Shown one piece after another: positions 1-9,585 of a DNA stretch of 64,000 bases. Position 1 is the first letter of the stretch. Every line of letters starts with the position of its first letter. Position numbers and translations under genes: made by a program. The notes under the pieces were generated by a model. The model had not been told where the DNA came from. It did not search any database and worked only from the letters and a program-made list of their open reading frames with translations. Source of the stretch: a virus (lineage: Duplodnaviria; Caudoviricetes); IMG/VR virus record IMGVR_UViG_3300014204_000151, positions 21,938-85,937 of that record. One strand, given 5' to 3'.

Positions 1-134
1 TTGTAAAAGAATATTTATTGTAAATACAACTCAACCAAATATTTATACAAAGGAGGTAAAAGATAAAACGATTTGTTTGCTATGTAAAAGTAAAAAAGAG
101 AAAATTATAAATAAAACAAAAAAGGAGGAACAAA

Positions 135-383
135 ATGATTAAAGTTGTGAGAATGAATACGTTTGAGAACTCGGTTACAAAGGCATTTGTTGATATTAAC
201 TTTAACTCTATTATTATAAAGGGTTTGAGAGTTGTAGAAGGAAAAAAGGGATTGTTTATTGCATATCCTTCAGAAAAAGATAAGTCTGGTAAATATTATG
301 ATACCGTTATTCCTGCGACACAAACGGTTAAAATTGAAATTGAAGATGTAGTATTAGCATATTACAAGGAGAATACAAAATGA
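135..383 (+). CDS. spoVG: SpoVG-family nucleic-acid-binding protein
   Basis: KAFVDINF-IIIKGLRVVEGKKGLFIAYPS-K-YYDTV matches the SpoVG pattern; AAGGAGG SD upstream. Confidence 0.85.
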   Translation: MIKVVRMNTFENSVTKAFVDINFNSIIIKGLRVVEGKKGLFIAYPSEKDKSGKYYDTVIPATQTVKIEIEDVVLAYYKENTK

Positions 384-652
384 AAGAATTATGCCGAGGA
401 GTGTTGGTTGTGATATTATACCCGATTATTGCTGTTTTGGGGTTATTAGATGTAATAAGATCCTTGGGAAGCTCTTCTGGATGTTTCTTAGAGGATTATT
501 GGAGTAAAAAATTTATGGAAAAAATTTTAGGAGAATAAAATGATAATTTATTTTTATCGACTAATTGAGCCGGATTTCGGGATTCATGTTTTTGAAGATG
601 GATTTGAGATTGCTTTAATTTGGTTTAATTTTCTTGTTGACTGGAGAGAATA

Positions 653-1282
653 ATGCAGAAATTAAATATATCTTTAATTGAAAAAAAATTAGGTAAGACT
701 ATACGACAAAATGCAGTCTCAGTTGGGATTGATGTTGCTGAGAATTTGACTGGAGTCGCTTTGCTTCGTACAGATAAAGAATATATTTATGTTGATTATA
801 CTGATGTTATTGCAAGTAATTTAAAAGATGACCATTTTCATAGGGCAGATGATTTTGTCAGTTCATTAGAAAAATTTAAGCAGATATTAAATAAATATAA
901 TGGATACAAAGTACTATGTATTGAGCGTTGTTTTTATGGAGTCAATCCAGAAATTTTAATACATTTGGCTCATTTTGGAATTTTGGCTTATGCTATTTTA
1001 AAAAAAGAGTTTGATTCTTGGCATTATTTGGGGGCAACATCAGCTCGCTCGTTAATTGGGTTTAACCAAAAAAGACAAGAGCAGAACTGTACTATTAAAC
1101 CAACTTATTATACGAGAGATACTAAAGATGCTAAGGGAAAATTAAAACATAAGAAAGGTGAAGCGAAAAAGATTGATTGTAAATCATTAGTACACAACTA
1201 CTTAAAGACTGATTTTGGAGTGGAGTTTGATAGTAAAGACATTGCAGATGGTTGGGTTTTGGCTATGGCTGGATTGTTGTAA
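653..1282 (+). CDS. RuvC-like Holliday junction resolvase (RNase H fold)
   Basis: VGIDVA (Asp), LCIERC (Glu) and C-terminal DIADG acidic motifs in RuvC order. Confidence 0.75.
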   Translation: MQKLNISLIEKKLGKTIRQNAVSVGIDVAENLTGVALLRTDKEYIYVDYTDVIASNLKDDHFHRADDFVSSLEKFKQILNKYNGYKVLCIERCFYGVNPEILIHLAHFGILAYAILKKEFDSWHYLGATSARSLIGFNQKRQEQNCTIKPTYYTRDTKDAKGKLKHKKGEAKKIDCKSLVHNYLKTDFGVEFDSKDIADGWVLAMAGLL

Positions 1283-1297
1283 GGGGAATAATATTAT

Positions 1298-1311
1298 ATG
1301 CTATACTTATA
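1298..1311 (+). promoter_or_regulatory. Extended -10 promoter ATGCTATACTTATA (copy 1)
   Basis: TGn-TATACT; identical 14-mer at 11641 and 17323; intergenic, followed by GAGGAG SD. Confidence 0.65.
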
Positions 1312-1327
1312 GTGAGGAGAGCGAGTT

Positions 1328-1547
1328 ATGTGGAAGGTTATAATTGAAAGAGTATATAATGGATTTAAAGTAGATTTTCGTGGTAACGGGGGAGACCAAT
1401 CGTTATTTGGTGTATCAAGAAAAAGCCGGAGTTGATGAAAATAAAGAGCATATAGTTGAAATGTTCTATGATATTTTAGAACATTTTGGAGAATTTGGTT
1501 CTAAACGCGATGAAAAAAGATTATTTGTAGAATGGAGGAAACAATGA
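1328..1547 (+). pseudogene. Small phage gene interrupted by a +1 frameshift in a G5 run
   Basis: SD+ATG 1328; removing one G of GGGGG (1388-1392) gives a continuous 72-aa ORF ending at TGA 1545-1547, overlapping the next ATG (ATGA). Confidence 0.55.
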
Positions 1548-1729
1548 GTAAAAAAATAAAAGAAGAAAAGTATGAGGTAACATTCAAGGGATTTCTTTCT
1601 ACTATAATAGATAATGATACCTCTGAGAGGATTTGTAGAGAGATTGAGTTGTATGGATACCGAAACAATAAAAACGCAATTTTAATTGATAAAGGTGGGT
1701 TTAGTTTTGTTCATGTAGAAAAGGAGTAA
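1532..1729 (+). CDS. Hypothetical protein (probable start ATG 1544)
   Basis: ORF track; GGAGG SD before 1544. Confidence 0.6.
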   Translation: MEETMSKKIKEEKYEVTFKGFLSTIIDNDTSERICREIELYGYRNNKNAILIDKGGFSFVHVEKE

Positions 1730-1732
1730 ACT

Positions 1733-2617
1733 ATGCAAAAAATACTTCAAGCTCTTGCAATAATTGTACTTGTGATTGGTTTTACACTTAATGGATTTGT
1801 TGTTAATACCATTTATAAAGAGCTTGGGTATCTTACTGAGCAAATGATGTTACTTACTTATCAACAAGAGAAGTTTCAAAAAGAAGTAGCACAAAGTATT
1901 GTTCGTGATATACAAATAGTAAAAGGAGTTTCTAATTTAAGAGAATCTTTAGAGATACGTTCTAAGTTTTTGCAACAATACTCAGAAAAATTAGTATTAA
2001 ATTCTGAATTAAAAAATGAAATTAAGCAAGCAAAAAATAAGTGGATGGAATATAAATTTGCTATGACTAATGTGTTGATTATAAATACAATAAAAAAATC
2101 AAGAGGAAGTGGAACTGCTATTAAGTATAATGGAAAATTTTATATTATTTCTGCTGGACATTTAGTTGATAAAGTTACAGATAAATTAGTAATGGTATCA
2201 GATGAACAAGTTATTTGCAATTTAAAAGTTGTAAAGGCTGATAAAAAGAGTGATTTATTGTTATTGGAGCCGAGTAGAAAAGATATTGTTCCTACTTATT
2301 GGATAGATTTGGCAAGACAAGAACCATTTAAAACAGAAAAAATTTATGTTATAGGTAATCCTTCCGGGGTAGAAGATATTTTATCAGAAGGAAGAGTGAT
2401 TGGATATGACAAAGAGTCTTTTTATTTTACCGGCATTAGCTACTTTGGGGCTTCTGGTGGTGGAATATTAAATAGTAATGGTGAATTAGCGGGTGTAATT
2501 TCTTTTATGAAGGTAGTTAATCCATTTGGGGTATCTATTACCTCAGTTCCTTCTTTTGTATTGAATGGGGCAATTAGGTTGCAAGAAATCTATAAATTTT
2601 TGGAAGGAGTAAAATAA
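1733..2617 (+). CDS. Membrane-anchored trypsin-like serine protease with coiled-coil stalk
   Basis: N-terminal TM; catalytic motifs SAGH, KSDLLLL, GASGG. Confidence 0.85.
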   Translation: MQKILQALAIIVLVIGFTLNGFVVNTIYKELGYLTEQMMLLTYQQEKFQKEVAQSIVRDIQIVKGVSNLRESLEIRSKFLQQYSEKLVLNSELKNEIKQAKNKWMEYKFAMTNVLIINTIKKSRGSGTAIKYNGKFYIISAGHLVDKVTDKLVMVSDEQVICNLKVVKADKKSDLLLLEPSRKDIVPTYWIDLARQEPFKTEKIYVIGNPSGVEDILSEGRVIGYDKESFYFTGISYFGASGGGILNSNGELAGVISFMKVVNPFGVSITSVPSFVLNGAIRLQEIYKFLEGVK

Positions 2618-2755
2618 TGTATATTTCAGAAAGTACATTAAATGTAATAAAAATTACTTTAATTCTATCGGGAGCTTTTTGTGTATGTTTCATTGATTTA
2701 ATCATAATAGAATTTGCCAAGTTCTTGACCAAATTAATAAATAAAGGGGATAAAA

Positions 2756-3013
2756 ATGAGTAGAGGAGAATTGAAAGTAAACGAGCCGCATCCTTCAGCA
2801 TTTAGAGCAAAAGAATATTTATTTTCTTTAGGGGTTGAAAAATTGTTTGTTTATCAATCATCCTATTCTTCTTGTGCTATTGAAGGAAATAGACTTGCTG
2901 AGATATGTTCAGAAACCCTGAGTCGTTTATTAAGTGGAAAGACGGTTAGTGATAGATATTTATTAGGTCTAGCTTGGTCGATAAGAGAAATGGAGGATAA
3001 TCGTGAGAATTGA
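2756..3013 (+). CDS. Hypothetical protein
   Basis: ORF with SD, coupled to neighbours. Confidence 0.6.
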   Translation: MSRGELKVNEPHPSAFRAKEYLFSLGVEKLFVYQSSYSSCAIEGNRLAEICSETLSRLLSGKTVSDRYLLGLAWSIREMEDNREN

Positions 3014-3242
3014 AGAGATAGTGTTCGAGGCTATTGATAATCATTTTTTTCTTGATGAAATAACTCCAGATTTAAAAATTAAGAATGTTATTGTTGATTT
3101 TAACAATCAATGGGGAAAGGTGCTTGATGATATTGAAGCAGAAACCGATGTTCATATTTCAGATCAAGAATTTAAAGAAATGGAAACCGTTCAGGATATA
3201 ATCAATTTTGTAAACCAAGACTTGATGGGAGGTTTGAATTAA
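3003..3242 (+). CDS. Acyl-carrier-protein-like protein lacking the phosphopantetheine Ser
   Basis: Acidic 79 aa; ungapped similarity to ACP (EIT...IE.E.D..I.D.E.....TVQD.I..VN); the DSL position reads FNN. Confidence 0.7.
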   Translation: MRIEEIVFEAIDNHFFLDEITPDLKIKNVIVDFNNQWGKVLDDIEAETDVHISDQEFKEMETVQDIINFVNQDLMGGLN

Positions 3243-3469
3243 TGGCTGATAAATTGGTAGAAAAAATAAAGAAACTAAATGAGATTTATCAGAGTATGCG
3301 AGATAATTATTCTGCATTAAAAAAGATGTTTAAGAATCATAGCTCAATAAAACAGAAAATAATTTTAAGTGAAGAAATTCTAATGCAGGTATATGGATTA
3401 ATTGGAGAAAAGTTAGAAGAAGTTGAAACAAAAAGGGAATTTAATAAAATAATGAAAGGAATAAAATAA
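3242..3469 (+). CDS. Hypothetical coiled-coil protein
   Basis: ORF coupled by TAATG overlaps. Confidence 0.6.
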   Translation: MADKLVEKIKKLNEIYQSMRDNYSALKKMFKNHSSIKQKIILSEEILMQVYGLIGEKLEEVETKREFNKIMKGIK

Positions 3470-4197
3470 TGACAAAGTGTGTTGACTGTGGGCAATCACT
3501 GAGTTTGTCTGCCAAATATAGCGGAGCTAAAAGATGTAAGAAACATGCGTCAATCCATAGGATGCTTCATATAAATTATAAAGGCAAAAACAATCCTAAT
3601 TATACCCACGGGGAGTCTCTAAAAAAGCACTGCTGTATTGTTTGTAAGCGTAAAATCCACTGGCAGACCGCAATCACTGGGTCTGGTATGTGCCGTTCAT
3701 GCTCAACAAAAAGCAGATATAAAAATAAACACGGTTCTCGCTGGCAGGGAGGAAAACCGCATTGTAAAAACTGCGGCAAAAAGATATGGTATGGACGTAT
3801 TAGATGCAAGTCATGTAATACTAAAAATCGTCATGCAACCGGAAGTCTTAATAACAGGGGAGTATTAAATGGAAATTATATTACCGGGGAGGGATGGTTT
3901 CCATATACCAAAGAGTTTACTCTGAATTTGAAAAGAACAATCCGCAGACGGGATAGCTATAAATGTCAGAATTGTGATATGACCGAAGAAGAGCATCTTA
4001 TGACTTATGGAAAAAACTTAGACATCCATCATATTGACTATTGCGGGTATAACTGCACACCAAAAAATCTAATAAGCTTGTGTCGTAAATGCAATATTCA
4101 AGCCAACTACAGTCGAGACTACTGGTTTGCATATTATACTTATATAATAGAGGAATTCAAGAAATTCAATCAGATAATCAAAGCTGGTACGAAATAA
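3469..4197 (+). CDS. HNH homing endonuclease with CxxC zinc-finger repeats
   Basis: RRDSYKCQNC...LDIHHIDY...NLISLCRKCN; GKNNPNY motifs. Confidence 0.85.
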   Translation: MTKCVDCGQSLSLSAKYSGAKRCKKHASIHRMLHINYKGKNNPNYTHGESLKKHCCIVCKRKIHWQTAITGSGMCRSCSTKSRYKNKHGSRWQGGKPHCKNCGKKIWYGRIRCKSCNTKNRHATGSLNNRGVLNGNYITGEGWFPYTKEFTLNLKRTIRRRDSYKCQNCDMTEEEHLMTYGKNLDIHHIDYCGYNCTPKNLISLCRKCNIQANYSRDYWFAYYTYIIEEFKKFNQIIKAGTK

Positions 4198-4207
4198 AAA
4201 TATAATT

Positions 4208-5002
4208 ATGTTTGAAAATAAAATTACATTATATTGTGGAGATTCTGGAGAAGTATTGAAGTCTTTTCCTGATAATTGTATTGATTTGACAGTAACTTCA
4301 CCACCTTATGATAATTTAAGAAATTATCAAGGATTTTCTTTTAATTTTGAGTTGATTGCTCAACAATTATTTAGAGTTACTAAGTCCGGTGGGGTTGTGG
4401 TTTGGGTCGTGGGAGATTCTACAATTAAGGGAAGTGAAAGCGGTACAAGCTTTAAACAAGCCTTATATTTTAAAGAAATAGGATTTAATTTGCATGATAC
4501 TATGATTTATGCAAAAAATAATCCAGTTCCGCTTACTCATAATAGATATGAACAACAATTTGAATATATGTTTATTTTGAGTAAAGGTAAACCTAAAACT
4601 TTTAATCCCCTTAAACAACCAACTCAAAAACCAGGAAATCCCGTTTCCAGGAAACGGGAAAATAGAGAATATGATAAAGATTCTATTAGATTTAGGGACG
4701 AAATAACAATAACAAAATCTGAAAAATATAAATTTAATATTTGGTTTTATTCTATTGGTAAACGTTTTGGTATAGGTAATAAACATTCCGCCGTTTTTCC
4801 TGAAGAATTAAGTAAAGACCATATATTATCTTGGTCAAACGAAGGAGATATTGTTTTAGACCCCTTTACTGGAAGTGGAACTACATTAAAAGTAGGATTA
4901 GAATTAAATCGTAAAGTAGTAGGAATAGAAATATCCCAAAAATATATAGATGAAATAATTATACCAAGATTAAAACTTGTTACAAATAAGGAACAACAAT
5001 GA
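4208..5002 (+). CDS. DNA amino-methyltransferase, beta class (probably N4-cytosine)
   Basis: TSPPY catalytic motif precedes the DPFTGSGTT SAM-binding motif. Confidence 0.92.
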   Translation: MFENKITLYCGDSGEVLKSFPDNCIDLTVTSPPYDNLRNYQGFSFNFELIAQQLFRVTKSGGVVVWVVGDSTIKGSESGTSFKQALYFKEIGFNLHDTMIYAKNNPVPLTHNRYEQQFEYMFILSKGKPKTFNPLKQPTQKPGNPVSRKRENREYDKDSIRFRDEITITKSEKYKFNIWFYSIGKRFGIGNKHSAVFPEELSKDHILSWSNEGDIVLDPFTGSGTTLKVGLELNRKVVGIEISQKYIDEIIIPRLKLVTNKEQQ

Positions 5003-5319
5003 TCTTTATTCTAAAATACATCTTTGCTTTTGGATTAGGTTTAATAGAAAGTTTTGGTTTGCAATTAGAAACCAAGTTTCTCCAAAAAAACTCCGAAATT
5101 CCGACTTGTATGATGATAGGATGGAATACTTTTTTATGGTTTGTAGTATTTGATTTGTCCTGGAATAGTATGGAACAATGGTGGCTCCGCTGGACGTATA
5201 TTATTGGTATGGTATTAGGTGGTTTTTTCGCTATTAAGTTTGATAAAAAATTAGATGCGTTAGCTAAGTTTAAAGGCATTAAAATATCAAAAAAGAAGTA
5301 TAAGAGGAAAAAGAAATGA
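4999..5319 (+). CDS. Small multi-TM membrane protein (DUF2179/DUF5698-like)
   Basis: Three hydrophobic segments, YIIGMVLGGFFAI, basic tail. Confidence 0.5.
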   Translation: MIFILKYIFAFGLGLIESFGLQLETKFLQKNSEIPTCMMIGWNTFLWFVVFDLSWNSMEQWWLRWTYIIGMVLGGFFAIKFDKKLDALAKFKGIKISKKKYKRKKK

Positions 5320-5455
5320 AATATCTTAAAAAAACCTTTTCAGTATTTATGACTGGCTCTTTTTATGATAAGAATTATGATAGGATATTTCATAAGTCCT
5401 GGAGAGAAAAAATTAAATTATGGTTTGATAAACTTTTAACTAAACTATTTTTAGA

Positions 5456-5782
5456 ATGATGCAAACTTTTTTATTTATCATAATCTTGGGTGTAGGAATT
5501 TTAGATGAGCTTAAATTATTTCCTCAATGGAAAAAGATTAGGAATACTAATAAATTTTCAAGCTTATCAAAAAGAACATTTATAATTTCTGTATTTAGTA
5601 AATTTATTGTATTTATCTATTCTTTGATACAACATTTATGGTTATTTTCTATTCTTTATTGTTTTGGATTGGTAAGTTCTTTTTTGGTTATTATGGAGAT
5701 ATATAAGAGATGTAATATTAAAAACAAAACGGTAAAGAAGTTTATATTAAAATCGTTTCATTTAAAAGGAGGAATAAAATGA
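5456..5782 (+). CDS. PQ-loop / SemiSWEET-like membrane protein
   Basis: TM followed by FPQWKKIRNTNKFSSLS, then two TMs. Confidence 0.65.
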   Translation: MMQTFLFIIILGVGILDELKLFPQWKKIRNTNKFSSLSKRTFIISVFSKFIVFIYSLIQHLWLFSILYCFGLVSSFLVIMEIYKRCNIKNKTVKKFILKSFHLKGGIK

Positions 5783-6054
5783 TAGAAACTTTACAGCAAA
5801 AGTTAGAAGAAAGAGCGATGTCTAAATTTAGAGCATTAATCAGAAAAGAAATACAACGTGTTTCAGATTTATATGGAGAAGAAATTTATTTAGATGTGGA
5901 AGCTCGCAAATATTCTATTTCAGAATTATTAAATATTATTAAAGACTCCATAATTAAACAAGAAAGTTCTATAATTTGTAAAAAAGAAATAGAAACTTTT
6001 TTAGAAACGGTAGAATCTTGTAAAGAACAATTAGATTCATTAAACCAACAATAA
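5779..6054 (+). CDS. Hypothetical protein
   Basis: AAGGAGG SD, ORF track. Confidence 0.6.
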   Translation: MIETLQQKLEERAMSKFRALIRKEIQRVSDLYGEEIYLDVEARKYSISELLNIIKDSIIKQESSIICKKEIETFLETVESCKEQLDSLNQQ

Positions 6055-6213
6055 AATGGAAGAACAATTTGATTTATATAGGACAGAATATGATAAAGAA
6101 TCCGGATTTTATTCTATTCACGATTATTTACACCAAGAGGTAATAATTCTGCGAGAAGACCAGTTAATTGAATTGATTAAAATGTATTGTAAAATTACAG
6201 GAAGGAAGGTTTT

Positions 6214-6447
6214 ATGAGTCCAGTTTATGTTTATTCTTGTGATAAATGTAAAAAAGAATTTGATGTTTTGCAGGGAATAAATGACAAAACACTAACCAAA
6301 CATTCAGACGCTACCGAAGGTCATTCTGGACTAAAAGAAGTTTGTGATGGTAACATAAAAAGAATAATACAACCTTGTTCATTTTCGCTCCGTGGATCTG
6401 GGTGGACAAATAAATTCTTTCGCGGTAAAAAAAGAGGAAAAAAGTAG
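6214..6447 (+). CDS. FmdB-family zinc-ribbon protein
   Basis: PVYVYSCDKC..EF...Q...C...RII...F.L.GSGW. Confidence 0.8.
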   Translation: MSPVYVYSCDKCKKEFDVLQGINDKTLTKHSDATEGHSGLKEVCDGNIKRIIQPCSFSLRGSGWTNKFFRGKKRGKK

Positions 6448-6455
6448 GAGATAAT

Positions 6456-7049
6456 ATGACTAATACTTTTGATGGATTTGAAGAATTATTTAAGAAGTTT
6501 AAACTTATTACTTATTTGATAGGTAGTATGGAAAAGACAGCCTTAAATGACGATGGGGGTGGTCAGCGATTATATTTGTATAATGAGTTATTATTAAGAG
6601 GGGTATATCCTATTAATCCTGTTTTATTGGAGACAGTTAAAACCGGAATACCAACTAAAGAGATGAAAGAGAAGATGAACGGGTGGGTTTCTTCCGGTAA
6701 TTGGGAGTTATTCGGAGAAAGTTCTAATAAAATATGGAATGGAGTTTGGTTGTATAATGAGAAGTTTGGGCCAATTTATATTCCGGGAGATTGTGAATAT
6801 GTACGATTATCTAATTTTATTATATTTAGTTATCACAAAGGCGACTTGCCCTGCGGGAGTTTTTTTGAGGCTGGACTGTCCGCATATAGAAATAAATCAT
6901 TATATCTTATTACTGATATTGCAAAAAAAGATTTACCAAAAAGTTTATTACAATGGCTATGTATTTCCAAAGGAGAAGTATTTAAAACTGATAATGAATT
7001 TTTAACTTTTGTTGATAAAAAATATAATTTAAAGAGAAAGGCCAATTAG
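6456..7049 (+). CDS. Nucleoside 2-deoxyribosyltransferase-like (N-glycosidase fold) protein
   Basis: YLIGSME start, INP, GSFFEAG catalytic-Glu motif followed by K.LYLI. Confidence 0.65.
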   Translation: MTNTFDGFEELFKKFKLITYLIGSMEKTALNDDGGGQRLYLYNELLLRGVYPINPVLLETVKTGIPTKEMKEKMNGWVSSGNWELFGESSNKIWNGVWLYNEKFGPIYIPGDCEYVRLSNFIIFSYHKGDLPCGSFFEAGLSAYRNKSLYLITDIAKKDLPKSLLQWLCISKGEVFKTDNEFLTFVDKKYNLKRKAN

Positions 7050-7484
7050 ATGGATAATAACCTAAAATCCACGAATCCTAAAGACATAGTTGGTAGTGAT
7101 AAAATGCCGATGCATTTATTTCCAAATACTGCTATAATTTATGGAACTTTGGGACTTTTGGAGGGGATGCTCAAGTATGGAAGGACTAATTGGAGATTCG
7201 CGGGGGTACGGGCTTCGATATATTATGATGCTTTAATGAGGCACATGCAAGCTTGGTTTGAGGGAGAAGAAAACGCTCCAGATTCAGGATTACCACATTT
7301 AGCACATGCTTTGGCGTGTATAGCTATTATTATAGACGCTAAAGAAGCTGGTTTGTTAAAAGATGATAGATTGTATCCTGCGGAGTATAGAAAAACCATA
7401 GATACTATGACAGAACACGTTAAAAGATTAAAAGAAAAATATAAAGATAAAAACCCAAAACACTACACAATTGAGGATAAATAA
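7050..7484 (+). CDS. dATP/dGTP diphosphohydrolase-domain protein (DUF5664-like)
   Basis: G..KYGRTNWR, ALMRH..AW.EGE..D SGLPHLAHALAC. Confidence 0.85.
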   Translation: MDNNLKSTNPKDIVGSDKMPMHLFPNTAIIYGTLGLLEGMLKYGRTNWRFAGVRASIYYDALMRHMQAWFEGEENAPDSGLPHLAHALACIAIIIDAKEAGLLKDDRLYPAEYRKTIDTMTEHVKRLKEKYKDKNPKHYTIEDK

Positions 7485-7756
7485 AATGTATAACTTATTT
7501 TTTATTTTAATGCTTATTGGTTATGGGGGTTTAACTTTTTGTGCAAACGATTTAAAATCAAAAATAATAGGAGGATTACTTCTTTTAGCCAATTTCTTGA
7601 TATTCTACAAATGAGAGGTTACTATGCCTATTTTTTTTAAGTGTGATGATAACCACGAGAAAACAACTCTATTTGCAATAGAATATTATAAAAGAAAAGT
7701 TTATACTAAAGATTCGATTTATTTGAAAAGAACAATAACATTAGTATTTATTAAAC

Positions 7757-8080
7757 ATGAATTCTCTATTATCTTTCAAGCCGATGCTAAAAAATAAAGA
7801 TTGGAAAACCGATTCCGAGCTTTTGGAACAGATTCATACTTTTGCTTCATACACGGATTTATATAATTATAGGGGAATAAAAGCTTTAATATTCGATAGA
7901 TATAAATTAGTTTTGGTCAGAGTAAAAAAAGTAATTAAGCATAATGAAGACTATACAAATGTGATTACTGCTATTAGATTTTCATTTGAAGAAGAAACAG
8001 TTTGGTGTTTATTATACAGTTTTCTTAATGATAAGAATGGAGATCCGATTGATAATCAATTGTATTATTTTGAAAACTAA
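7757..8080 (+). CDS. Hypothetical protein
   Basis: ORF track; true start may be a downstream ATG. Confidence 0.5.
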   Translation: MNSLLSFKPMLKNKDWKTDSELLEQIHTFASYTDLYNYRGIKALIFDRYKLVLVRVKKVIKHNEDYTNVITAIRFSFEEETVWCLLYSFLNDKNGDPIDNQLYYFEN

Positions 8081-8167
8081 TAAAATGGCGGGAATTAAAT
8101 GCACTAAAAAATTTACAAACCCAATAAAATTAAGCGATATTCCAAACTTTGGAGAATAGGAGGATAA

Positions 8168-8866
8168 ATGAATGAAATTTTAAAAGATATACTGATGGTG
8201 GTGGGAGGAATAATAGGAGGTTATTTATTCATTAAGATTAGACAAAAAATAATAAATTCTGCTAAAGAAACGGTTTCTGAAAAGTTTAGTTTATCTAAGT
8301 TTTTGAGCGGTATATTTAATCTTGGTTCTGCTGTTGATTGGGCAAAAGACGTTAGCTCTATTTTTAATCTGAGGAAAATCTGCATTGTAGGAGTTATTGT
8401 TGGAGTTATTTATGGATTTGGTTGGTATCAAGGAAAAATTGGAAAAGAAGTATTATTTGATATGAGAGGAAAGGAGGCAAAAATAAAACTAAACGAACAT
8501 TTTTTAAAAATAGAAAAAGAGGGAACTGCTAAGGTTGTAGATAAAGATGGAAAGGTATTAAAAACTATAAGAGTTAAAGATGTTGATGGATTGAGGCAAG
8601 CTCTTCGCCCCTACGGGTTTCAGCTAAAACCTGTGGGAATTATCGGAGGAAGCGTTGGTGGAGAATCTTCTGGATTTGAGGGTGGGGTTGGAATTAGTTG
8701 GTTTAAATACTTTAAATGGAACTTAGATTCTTTTCTTACAAACCGAGGAATTTATCCATTAGCCACTTCTTATCAAATTACCGATAATTCTGGGATTGGA
8801 TTAGGAGTTGGGTGTGGATACGATTCAGAAAAAAGAATAATTGTATATTATCGCTGGAAGTTTTAA
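8168..8866 (+). CDS. Membrane protein with two N-terminal TMs and C-terminal amphipathic beta-strands
   Basis: Hydrophobic helices near aa 8-24 and 71-89; Gly/aromatic strands ending YYRWKF. Confidence 0.55.
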   Translation: MNEILKDILMVVGGIIGGYLFIKIRQKIINSAKETVSEKFSLSKFLSGIFNLGSAVDWAKDVSSIFNLRKICIVGVIVGVIYGFGWYQGKIGKEVLFDMRGKEAKIKLNEHFLKIEKEGTAKVVDKDGKVLKTIRVKDVDGLRQALRPYGFQLKPVGIIGGSVGGESSGFEGGVGISWFKYFKWNLDSFLTNRGIYPLATSYQITDNSGIGLGVGCGYDSEKRIIVYYRWKF

Positions 8867-8910
8867 GTGATAAACCATTTGGATTGGAGTATAATAATAA
8901 GGAGGATTCT

Positions 8911-9075
8911 ATGAAATCTAAAAAATTAAAGCCAAAAGCTCCAGAGGATACCGCTCTAAGATGTTATAAATGCGATTTTGAATGGAGAGCTATTGTAAAT
9001 ATTAACGATAAGCTTTACGAATGGTATTGTCCTAATTGTAAAAAATGTACTGTTGAACTTAATTTAGGAAAGTGA
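8911..9075 (+). CDS. Small zinc-ribbon protein
   Basis: AAGGAGG SD + ATG 8911; CYKC...CPNC. Confidence 0.65.
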   Translation: MKSKKLKPKAPEDTALRCYKCDFEWRAIVNINDKLYEWYCPNCKKCTVELNLGK

Positions 9076-9584
9076 GGGGATCGATGTCTTTTACTAAAAG
9101 AAAGATAAAAGAATATCATTATTATATGAAAAAACGCAAATATTTTGCGGGAATATTTAATACTTTAAAAACCTATAACAAATCTAGTTTAAACTGCTTT
9201 ATTAATAAATATCACCATAAGCCTATATTGTGGAGCAATAAATTAGCATATTTAGCAGGATTAATTGATGGAGAAGGATATTTTAAAATAGAAAAGTGGG
9301 GAACCATTAGATTAATAATTGGAATGTGCGATAAAAAAACAATATATTGGATAAAGAAAAATTTTGGAGGAAATGTTACTATTCAAAAAACTCAAAAGGG
9401 GAGGCTTTTCTATGTTTGGAGGTTAAATCAAGGAAAAGATTTATTTTATTTAATGCTCTGCGTTATTCCTTTTTTAGTAAATAAAAAACATATTGCATTG
9501 AGATATTTTAAAGTAATAATCAATAAAATAAGAAAGATGGAGCATACATTATATCCTCCATCTCTTATAAACAAGGAGGAATAA
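9072..9584 (+). CDS. Free-standing single-motif LAGLIDADG homing endonuclease
   Basis: LAYLAGLIDGEG motif; FGG and YVWRL downstream. Confidence 0.85.
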   Translation: MRGSMSFTKRKIKEYHYYMKKRKYFAGIFNTLKTYNKSSLNCFINKYHHKPILWSNKLAYLAGLIDGEGYFKIEKWGTIRLIIGMCDKKTIYWIKKNFGGNVTIQKTQKGRLFYVWRLNQGKDLFYLMLCVIPFLVNKKHIALRYFKVIINKIRKMEHTLYPPSLINKEE

Positions 9585-9585
9585 T

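Noticed and set aside
7050-7484. Diaminopurine (Z) genome
   Set aside because: No PurZ or family-specific polymerase in the window; the hydrolase alone is insufficient
9072-9584. Group I intron around the LAGLIDADG gene
   Set aside because: Flanking genes are complete and there is no non-coding room for an intron core; the same holds for the three HNH genes
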